DNA of 64,000 bases from a virus. Positions 19,547 through 27,114 of the stretch are shown here, piece after piece. How positions within the stretch are numbered: position 1 is the stretch's first letter; every line of letters begins with the position of its first letter. Location of the stretch: the IMG/VR virus record IMGVR_UViG_3300042295_000443, positions 25,162-89,161 of that record. The stretch is one strand, 5' to 3'. The notes below the pieces were generated by a model that worked only from the letters and a program-made list of their open reading frames with translations, searched no databases and had not been told where the DNA came from. A program made the translations under genes and the position numbers.

Positions 19547-19650
19547 GTGGAGTGTGCCTTTGCCTATGAGGATAAGATGTTACACACTTATAAAGTTCTC
19601 TCTGAAAAAGAACTTGGACAACTACATAGTAATATGTGGTTGTTTTTTTT
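19547..19650 (+). ncRNA. Candidate ~100-nt small RNA
   Basis: AGTGTG/CACACT and AAGTTCT/AGAACTT stems then terminator 19618-19650; no credible ORF inside. Confidence 0.45.
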
Positions 19651-19716
19651 GGTAGTTCAATGCTTGGCAGCTGCATAGTAAGTACTGTGTAGCAAAACTA
19701 ATTTATTCTAGATTGG

Positions 19717-19751
19717 GCCTCCGGCAGGTGCCTTTACAGCTTTCTACTGCT
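19717..19751 (+). promoter_or_regulatory. Early repeat element 5
   Basis: GCCTCCGGCAG-N8-ACAGCTT-TCT-ACTGCT. Confidence 0.7.
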
Positions 19752-19805
19752 GTGGATATAAGATTGTGAGAAAGCCTCACAACAAAACCAACCCCTATTT
19801 GCAAA

Positions 19806-20081
19806 ATGGAGAAAATGTTAAGAGGTACTCTTATCAGTTTTTCTAATGAGGCAAAAGCCAATGTGAATGGTACTCAGTACCGTTCTTGCATTGTCAATAT
19901 TGGAGGTGAAAATTACTTTGCAAAGCTTTGGGAGAAATCCTTGGCTAAGGCAGTAATTGGAACTGAGTACAATATTGAGGCTGTAGTAGATGGTGATAAC
20001 TTGTGGTTAACGTGCCTTACGGGCGTTAGTGCAACTATTGCTACTCCTGCTACATTCGCTGCTTTGTTAGCAGAATTGTAG
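19806..20081 (+). CDS. Small beta-rich (OB-fold-like) early protein, paralogue B
   Basis: Paralogue of 18709-18975. Confidence 0.8.
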   Translation: MEKMLRGTLISFSNEAKANVNGTQYRSCIVNIGGENYFAKLWEKSLAKAVIGTEYNIEAVVDGDNLWLTCLTGVSATIATPATFAALLAEL

Positions 20082-20145
20082 GAAGTATCCTAGACTGAGT
20101 AAGACTCGGAGTGTACCACTACTTGGCAACAGAAGTGGAAAATAT

Positions 20146-20185
20146 TAATGAACTACATAGAAATATGTGGTTCATTACTTTTTTT
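20146..20185 (+). terminator. Intrinsic terminator
   Basis: TAATGAACTACATA-GAAA-TATGTGGTTCATTA then T7. Confidence 0.8.
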
Positions 20186-20190
20186 AAACA

Positions 20191-20217
20191 GCCTTTGGCA
20201 GAAAGAGTATACAAAAT
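20191..20217 (+). promoter_or_regulatory. Degenerate early repeat element 6
   Basis: GCCTTTGGCAG-N9-ACAAAAT; downstream boxes decayed. Confidence 0.45.
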
Positions 20218-20289
20218 AAAAGATAATATTTGCCTTGGCAAGTACTAATAGGTACTGTGTAGCAAATAGTCTATATATATACTTAACCG

Positions 20290-20325
20290 GCCTCCGGCAG
20301 GTGGGGCGTACAGCTTTCAACTTCT
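20290..20325 (+). promoter_or_regulatory. Early repeat element 7
   Basis: GCCTCCGGCAG-N9-ACAGCTT-TCA-ACTTCT. Confidence 0.7.
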
Positions 20326-20680
20326 TTGAGTGTGGTTAGGCCACGGTCATCTAGACCTACTAACCACCTATGTAACTATTAAAACTAGATTATTATAACA
20401 AAGTCTCCAGCCTGTGCAACAATGTGACTTTGGTACTGATAATCAGGTAGTTATAAAATGAGATATGTGAGAAAAAGAGGAAGAATGAGATTAACTATTA
20501 ACCTATCCAAGAATTTATAGGCAGAAATAGTCAGCAGAAATGGTCTTAAAGCCTAATATTATATAGTATATAGCTAAAACAGACTTAGTATATACATTAA
20601 GAATAGTATTATCTCTTTCTATAGTTAGAGTAACATAATAACTTATTCCGGAATTAAATAAATTTAAAACTATATATACT

Positions 20681-20977
20681 ATGAAAGATTTCATTCACAC
20701 AGGTTGGTGGGGACCTACATTAACTACCACTGAAGATCCTGAATTAAAAGTTATTGAAAGAGATAATGGTCATTCTTGGACTATGAACTTTTATGTTGGT
20801 CATCATTTAATTGATTGCATAAATATGGAATGGTGCCGTGGTACTAAACTAGACAAAGATGTTCTTAGACTTCCTGTGTATAGTGATGAAGGTATCTACT
20901 TAGGTAGTCTTGCTAAAAGATTAGAAGATGCAATTAATGTTATGCATCCAGAACCTATGTTTCATACAGGGGAGTAA
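20681..20977 (+). CDS. Early hypothetical protein
   Basis: 98 aa, A-rich leader, stop inside terminator loop. Confidence 0.7.
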   Translation: MKDFIHTGWWGPTLTTTEDPELKVIERDNGHSWTMNFYVGHHLIDCINMEWCRGTKLDKDVLRLPVYSDEGIYLGSLAKRLEDAINVMHPEPMFHTGE

Positions 20978-20994
20978 TCCCCTTTTATTTAGTA

Positions 20995-21908
20995 TTGTTG
21001 CCTTTTCTTTAACCAGGCAAGTATCCAGTAAGTTGCTGGCGTGGGACTGTCCAGTATAGTTACAAGACAGTAGGGTTTGGTCTATTTCCCTTAAAGACCA
21101 TTAAGTACACAATGTTGTTACCCTCAGAGTTTAGATACTCATGGTGTGTGCGTTAAACCTATTATAACGGTTACTAAAACAACAGGTCAGCTCTCGTGAC
21201 CAAAGGATAAACCAGTAATGGTATAAAGTGATATGTTGGTAACATATTGCGCAGGAGTAATCCTGTCTACAGAAGAGTATTGTAACTACCTACATTTTGG
21301 TGTGCTTGTGGCCTAACGGTTGATGCATAGAGATGTAGACTTTCTAACAGGTAGGAAGTTGAGACAGAAATGTCAATAGAAAGTGCAATAGGTAACAATA
21401 GTACATCTCGCCAAGATGGAAGTTGTTATTAGTGAGATGTTCTTTATGCTACTAGAAATAGTGTGTATTTACATCAAACAGTGAGTAAGCTTGGCCGCTT
21501 AAAGCAATGTGAAGTTATAACTAAGGTACTCAAAAGGTATTATGTTATATAAAGTTGGAACTACTTCACATTATTTCCTGAACCGCATTTAAACTAAAAA
21601 CTTAAAAGCAAAGAATGTTCTAGCACTTATTAGTGAAAATGCTCTTATCCTACTGCAATATGTAGGTACAGAAGACCCGCAAGGTTTATGTAAAGGGACT
21701 GATTAATATCTTAACTAGCAGTAGACATACTGTGTATCCCGTAAGGAAGTTGGTATGAAAGGAAACTTATTGCACTAATATGTAAAAGTATGATGATACT
21801 ATAAATCATTGAGCATGTTGTTTACTTATAGAAATATAAGTGTGTATGAGGAGAAGAAATTTTCCAAAAATAGCAACATGAAAGGTCAATACTCATCCTT
21901 TCAATAGT
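20995..21908 (+). ncRNA. Large structured non-coding RNA region (one or more RNAs)
   Basis: No ORF; many stems, several with GAAA/GTAA/GCAA loops, an AGUA/GAA loop-E hairpin at 21391-21430, possible pseudoknots. Confidence 0.7.
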
Positions 21909-22076
21909 AATGCACCATTTCTACTTCACAAGGGTAGACAGTTGTAATGTATGAACGCAACACTACTAGATTTTATCACTAGAAAGATGTTACATAGGGT
22001 TTTAATTAAAGAAGACTGATAATCTTTTTTATAACCTGCCGGAAACTTACATTATAACTGAGTGCAGAGTGATATT
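21903..22076 (+). ncRNA. Twister ribozyme (variant, long P5 insertion), copy 1
   Basis: P1 AATA/TATT, G-T^AA, P2 TGCA/TGCA, P4 TCTAC/GTAGA, loop TTCACAAGG, pseudoknots TCAC/GTGA and CC/GG, conserved GA; predicted cut 21908/21909. Confidence 0.75.
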
Positions 22077-22103
22077 AAATAGTAACCAACTAAACTATAA
22101 TAT

Positions 22104-22256
22104 ATGATTTTTCAATTGATTGCTCAAATTATTAAAGATGCTGATAAAGTATCAAACAAGAAATTAGATAAAGCTGCTTATGCAGATTATCTCAATACTC
22201 TTTCTCTAGATGATCTACTATTCCTTAAGGATAGTTATAGTTCAGAGTTAGTATAG
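22104..22256 (+). CDS. 50-aa ORF between the two ribozymes (not in track)
   Basis: MIFQLIAQIIKDADKVSNKKLDKAAYADYLNTLSLDDLLFLKDSYSSELV, A-rich leader. Confidence 0.65.
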   Translation: MIFQLIAQIIKDADKVSNKKLDKAAYADYLNTLSLDDLLFLKDSYSSELV

Positions 22257-22289
22257 TACTTATTCCTGCAAGATTAATTTCTTGTGGGA

Positions 22290-22415
22290 TTAGTAATACA
22301 CCACTTCTCATTCCCAAGGTGAGACAGTTGTAATAGTAAGAGAGCAGGTTGCTTAGTCACACCTGCGGTAAATAATACTAAATCTTACACATTACAACTG
22401 AGTACAGAGGGATAA
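22290..22415 (+). ncRNA. Twister ribozyme (variant), copy 2
   Basis: P4 TCTCA/TGAGA, loop TTCCCAAGG, pseudoknot TCCC/GGGA covarying with copy 1; P2 TACA/TACA has two A.C mismatches; predicted cut 22294/22295. Confidence 0.65.
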
Positions 22416-22532
22416 CAAGGGTCATAACCTTGGGGCATAACTAAGAGCTAGTAAGAAGACATAGAGTTCATTTTATTATGAAAGATACAACTCTTATTAG
22501 AACAACTCTTAGTTAATGCTTTATAAATATGT

Positions 22533-22772
22533 ATGAAATATATACAATTTATAATTGAAAGTAATTCTAATAAGAAATTAGATGCTTTCACTAAAGAATG
22601 TATTAATGCCATCAGAAGATCTGGTGCTGTTAAAGCTGGTCCAATACCTTTTAAAGGTAAAAGATTATTTTATTGTTACAGTCCTAATGGAAAGACTATT
22701 GATAGACTTATGTCATTAAAATGTCCTAAAGGTGTGTTAGTAACAATAAATTCTTTGGAAAATCCTCAATAA
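22533..22772 (+). CDS. Ribosomal protein uS10/NusE homologue lacking the extended loop
   Basis: RRSGAVKAGPIP..KRLF...PNGKTIDRLMSLKCPKGVLVTI aligns to S10 KRTGAQVRGPIP...RLVDI..[22 protein letters not shown]. Confidence 0.8.
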   Translation: MKYIQFIIESNSNKKLDAFTKECINAIRRSGAVKAGPIPFKGKRLFYCYSPNGKTIDRLMSLKCPKGVLVTINSLENPQ

Positions 22773-22844
22773 AAGGGGTTAGTTAAAGCTGAAATAACTA
22801 CAAAGCTTTGTTTTTAACTTAAAATTAAACTTAAAAATATACTT

Positions 22845-23102
22845 ATGGATACTGTTTACTGGACTATGAAAAATGGTCAAAAGATAGATGTTGATACAAT
22901 GGATATTCAACATCTAAGAAATACTCTTAAAATGCTTATTAGAGCTAAGAGAGCACAATCTGTACCTAAATTTCAGGTACATGGAGAAATTGCTAGTGAA
23001 TTTGCTGATATGGCTATGCTATATAGTATTTCACCTGAATTAACTTGTCAATGTGATGAGGTACATGAATGTCAACAGTGTTATGAAGAATCTAAAAACT
23101 AA
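22845..23102 (+). CDS. Hypothetical protein with Cys-rich tail
   Basis: WTMKNGQKI.VDTM...HLRN; CxC...CxxC. Confidence 0.6.
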   Translation: MDTVYWTMKNGQKIDVDTMDIQHLRNTLKMLIRAKRAQSVPKFQVHGEIASEFADMAMLYSISPELTCQCDEVHECQQCYEESKN

Positions 23103-23106
23103 AATT

Positions 23107-23217
23107 ATGGAAAAGATTGAAGTAACAATGCAAGAGATTTGGAAGGCTACTAAGCCTATTATCTATAAGAATAAGAAGAAATATTCTAGAAAAGATAAGC
23201 ACAAAACTAGCAGGTGA
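23107..23217 (+). CDS. 36-aa basic peptide (ArfA-like tail)
   Basis: MEKIEVTMQEIWKATKPIIYKNKKKYSRKDKHKTSR; stop in terminator loop. Confidence 0.55.
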   Translation: MEKIEVTMQEIWKATKPIIYKNKKKYSRKDKHKTSR

Positions 23218-23230
23218 AAGTCCTGCTTTT

Positions 23231-23572
23231 ATGATTACTAACTTAAAAATTAAACTTATGAATAGAAATTATCCCTTTGGTTATGGTGTGTTAGCCGGTC
23301 TACACACTGTTAAAATAAATGTTAACTTATTAGTTGCTGATGCAAGTAAATTAGTAGACAAAAATGAACACTTAGCAATTTACTCTACAGGTAGAGGTGA
23401 CAGAATAAGAGTAGAAGGTTTTATAACAGGAGCAAATTTTTCAAATTTTATTAAAGATTTGGAAATATATAAACTTGATTATAAAATAAATAAACTAATA
23501 GAAAGAAAAGTTCTTATATTAGATACTTCTATATCTACTGCAATAGCAGATCTTAATGATTTACCTTTTTAA
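23231..23572 (+). CDS. Hypothetical protein ending DLPF
   Basis: ORF; SSB-like C-terminal tip. Confidence 0.55.
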   Translation: MITNLKIKLMNRNYPFGYGVLAGLHTVKINVNLLVADASKLVDKNEHLAIYSTGRGDRIRVEGFITGANFSNFIKDLEIYKLDYKINKLIERKVLILDTSISTAIADLNDLPF

Positions 23573-23599
23573 TTTAAACTTAAACTAAAACTTAAAATT

Positions 23600-24442
23600 A
23601 TGCAAAACTCAAATGAACTAAAAGTATTAATTTACAACTTAATGTTAAAAGAAGTCTTTAATGTTATCAGTGAAGACTGTAGAAAAGAAATAGAGAGACT
23701 TATTGATGAAAGATTAGAATACTACAAAACTATTGCTATGTCTAATTCTATGGACATAGAAGAAATAAGAGCAAAATATAGTATTTACAATGACTTAAAA
23801 AACTTATTATGATTATGGAAACTATGATTACAAAAATTAATAAAGTCTCTATGGCTTTATTAGTAGCAATTGGAATGCAATACTTTATGGTAGGAGCACT
23901 TACTATGAGATTTATGGATTTTTCAGGATTTTCAGTAATTAATTGGATATTAGAAATAATTTATCTATCTTTTACTATATCTCTTGCATTAAGAACTGAT
24001 ATATGAGAAATAAAAATGTTAGCTTAATCATTGCTAGTCTAGGATTAGCAATGATGGTTATCTGTATTTATGGATTATTTACAGCTACAACACAAAATGA
24101 CCTAATGTTAGCACTGATAGGGTTTAATCTATCTGGAGTGCTTGCAGGTATAGCAATATGGGATTATGATTATTTAACTAAAAAAACAAAAATATGAAAA
24201 CAATTAAAATTAATTTAATAGTAATTACATACTTTGTAATTATATCAATTGTAGCTATAATAGCTACATCTTGTGGATCATCACATACAACATGTGATGC
24301 TTATAGCAATGTTAAATGGGAAAACTCAATAAACAATTCTGAAAATGGAGAGTTTGTAACAGAAGTTGCATTTAACCTTGGGATTGAAAACAATCAAGTT
24401 ACTCAAGCTCAGTTTGATGAGCGGTATTCAGCAGGATACTAA
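23600..24442 (+). CDS. Four small overlapping ORFs (23600-23812, 23809-24006, 24003-24197, 24194-24442): two 2-TM proteins and a lipoprotein
   Basis: ATGA overlaps; hydrophobic helices; IATSC lipobox in the last ORF. Confidence 0.6.
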
Positions 24443-24490
24443 TATATGCCAGTGTAACAGCTGGCTTTTTTATTAATTAAAAACTGTAAT

Positions 24491-25156
24491 ATGATATTTA
24501 GAAAATTAAGTAAATTATATGAACTTAGAACAAGATTATATACACTTCTTGAAAGAGCTAAGAATTCAGGAGCTGATCCTGATGTAATAACAATAAGAGT
24601 TAATGATTTAGAATATGATATTGCTAAAGTAAATAGCAAAATAGAATTTGAAAAAGTATTAAGACCCTTTATTTATATAATATGGATATTCTTAGGTATT
24701 GCTTTATTTATGTTATTTAGTTTTATGTATACTCCTAGAGTAACAAAAATATATTATAAAACAAAAGTTTCATCTACAATAACTAATGATTCATTATTTA
24801 CTAAAGAAAAATTAATACTTTATGTTAACTCTTTAAACTTAAAATTTCCTCACATTATACTAGCACAAGCTCAATTAGAATCAGGTAATTTTACTTCACA
24901 TATATTTAAAAGTAATAATAACTTTTTTGGTATGAAACAAGCTAGAAGTAGACCAACAACTTGTATTAGATTACAACACGGTCATGCTTACTATAATAAT
25001 TGGAAAGATTGTGTAATTGATTATGCACTTTATCAAGCTGCATATTTAAAAAATATAAAAACTGAAGAACAATATTATAACTATATTGGACGTAATTATG
25101 CAGAGAATGCAAATTATGCTAAAATAGTAAAGAAAATTGCACAAAATTATAAATAG
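24491..25156 (+). CDS. Membrane-anchored glucosaminidase (GH73-like)
   Basis: ILAQAQLESG...NNFFGMK, YA...Y motifs after a TM helix. Confidence 0.8.
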   Translation: MIFRKLSKLYELRTRLYTLLERAKNSGADPDVITIRVNDLEYDIAKVNSKIEFEKVLRPFIYIIWIFLGIALFMLFSFMYTPRVTKIYYKTKVSSTITNDSLFTKEKLILYVNSLNLKFPHIILAQAQLESGNFTSHIFKSNNNFFGMKQARSRPTTCIRLQHGHAYYNNWKDCVIDYALYQAAYLKNIKTEEQYYNYIGRNYAENANYAKIVKKIAQNYK

Positions 25157-25300
25157 TATATTCTGAGAATATGCTTTTCCAAAATAACAGGGGAATATAA
25201 TGTTCCCCTTTTATTGTTTTAGCTATATACTGCAATATTTTATTTTCTACAAGCAATCATACATAAAATTATCACGTATTTTTACTACAGATATAAAAAC

Positions 25301-25567
25301 ATGCAATATCAGTTACCTAATGGAAAAGTAATTTATCTCTCTATAGAGCAATTTCTAGAGATGACTGACCAAGATATACAGTTTTTAATGAGCATAGATC
25401 ATGGAGTACATATTGTTGATCCATTTACAGGATCAGCAGTAGAAAATACTACATACAAAGAATTTGATTTCTCATATTTACCTAATGATGAGAATGAAGA
25501 GAATAATGCATTTGATGATATTTCATTAGATGACATTATTAATTTAGAGGATCCCACAGATATATAG
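25301..25567 (+). CDS. Acidic hypothetical protein
   Basis: YQLPNGKVI; acidic tail. Confidence 0.6.
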   Translation: MQYQLPNGKVIYLSIEQFLEMTDQDIQFLMSIDHGVHIVDPFTGSAVENTTYKEFDFSYLPNDENEENNAFDDISLDDIINLEDPTDI

Positions 25568-25672
25568 TATTCTTATTGCAATAGGAATATTTATTACTTA
25601 CTATTAGTTTGAGTAACTATAGTATAGTATTCCACTCACAAATCAATTTATTTATTATTTAACAACCAAGTT

Positions 25673-26149
25673 ATGAACTCAAATGTAACAGTAGTAGCTG
25701 ATGCTACAACAAATTCAGTAATTAATCAATCTACAAATAATCCAGAATATGGTTTTGTAAGATTACAACAAACAAGGACTCAAATTGATGAGAATGGATT
25801 TTTAAGAAGAAGGTCTTTTTCTTCTTTAATACATGGTCCTATAACTTTATTACAAGCTTCAAATTTTTATGCTGGTCAAATTTTACCAGGTAATATAATT
25901 GTTAAAGAAGCAATGACTCCATTTAATAAAAAAACTCCTGAAAGAGATTTGAAAATTGCAGGTGAAACAGGAATTGTTTGCCGTGTAGGTGGAGAACCTA
26001 TTTATAGGAAAACTTATTATTCAGCAAGTGCTAGTTCTGTTGATATTACAATTGAACATGATAATGTTGAGGAGTTAAAAATTGCATATGATTTACAAGC
26101 AAGCAAAGGTTTTGCAGTTAAACCTAATTCAGACTTTGATATTATTTAA
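25673..26149 (+). CDS. Conserved crAss-like hypothetical protein
   Basis: 158 aa, strong leader, terminator 26171-26198. Confidence 0.65.
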   Translation: MNSNVTVVADATTNSVINQSTNNPEYGFVRLQQTRTQIDENGFLRRRSFSSLIHGPITLLQASNFYAGQILPGNIIVKEAMTPFNKKTPERDLKIAGETGIVCRVGGEPIYRKTYYSASASSVDITIEHDNVEELKIAYDLQASKGFAVKPNSDFDII

Positions 26150-26217
26150 TATTAATTAAAGATTGCACAAAAATAAGGGTCAGAAATGGCCCTTATTTAT
26201 TATTTATTATTTTAAAA

Positions 26218-26706
26218 ATGTATATTATGGAAAAGTTAAAACAAAATATAAAAGAATATCAGCTTAATGCAGATAAAAATCATATAAAATATGAGCAAGA
26301 TGGATATAACCACTATCAAAACTATCTTTATAAAAGAGCTTTGTATGGTCTAAATTCATTAACAGAAGAAGAACTAGCTACTATGTGTGGAAAGAAAAAA
26401 CAAAGAATAATAAATGTATACAAGAGAGCTCAAGTTGTCTTAAATACTTTTAAGCAAACAGCTACTATTAGTTATACTAATTTTCTATTTAAAACTTTGT
26501 TTCCAAATAGTCCAATTACTCAGTTTTTATTATCTGAGACTAAAACTGATGATAAATTTAAAAATATTCTAACTTTTAAAGATTTAAATATCTCTAAAGA
26601 GCAGATTATTAGTATCTTTATGATAGAAGGTATCCTTCCTAAAAACTTTTTAAGTTTAGAGATACCTCAAAACCAATTACCAAGACTAAAGAATGATAAA
26701 GCTTAA
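26218..26706 (+). CDS. Hypothetical protein
   Basis: ORF track. Confidence 0.6.
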   Translation: MYIMEKLKQNIKEYQLNADKNHIKYEQDGYNHYQNYLYKRALYGLNSLTEEELATMCGKKKQRIINVYKRAQVVLNTFKQTATISYTNFLFKTLFPNSPITQFLLSETKTDDKFKNILTFKDLNISKEQIISIFMIEGILPKNFLSLEIPQNQLPRLKNDKA

Positions 26707-27100
26707 AGAGTGTGATGGTTGTCAGAAGATGACTGTTATATGGAAGAACCATGAGGGAAATAAATATTGTAAATATTGTTGGAGTTGCCAAAATCCCAAG
26801 AATAAAGATAATATACAGAAACCAACTGATTATAAAATCCCTCTGGTTTCTTCTAAAAGAAAAAAGAAAGATGCTGAGTATCTTAAATTAAGAGAAAGAT
26901 TTCTTTCTGATCACTCTATGTGTGAGCTTAATTATCCTTGCTGTAGTAATGGTGCATCAGATGTGCACCACACTTTTGCAGGAGCTAACAGAGATGCATT
27001 CTATTTAGTACAAAGTACATGGAAAGCAGCTTGTAGAGCTTGTCACAAACATTTACATGAACATCCTGCAGAGGCTAGAATACTAGGACACTTAAAATAA
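26693..27100 (+). CDS. HNH-like zinc nuclease
   Basis: Two CxxC, DVHH...CRACH. Confidence 0.7.
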   Translation: MIKLKECDGCQKMTVIWKNHEGNKYCKYCWSCQNPKNKDNIQKPTDYKIPLVSSKRKKKDAEYLKLRERFLSDHSMCELNYPCCSNGASDVHHTFAGANRDAFYLVQSTWKAACRACHKHLHEHPAEARILGHLK

Positions 27101-27114
27101 TATGATTTAAAAAT

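Noticed and set aside
19413-19678. Track ORFs 19413-19655 and 19469-19678
   Set aside because: They run across repeat 4 and terminators and lack the A-rich leader of real genes
18465-20325. CRISPR array or integron attC array
   Set aside because: Spacing is irregular (about 100-490 nt), intervals hold ORFs and terminators, repeats are gapped, and no cas or integrase gene is visible
20331-20380. Pistol ribozyme (GTGGTTAGG.CCACG resembles its P1)
   Set aside because: Conserved AAA linker, pseudoknot and P3/GU cleavage context not found
20995-22415. Group I/II intron, retron or DGR
   Set aside because: No interrupted gene, no recognisable intron core, and no reverse transcriptase in the window
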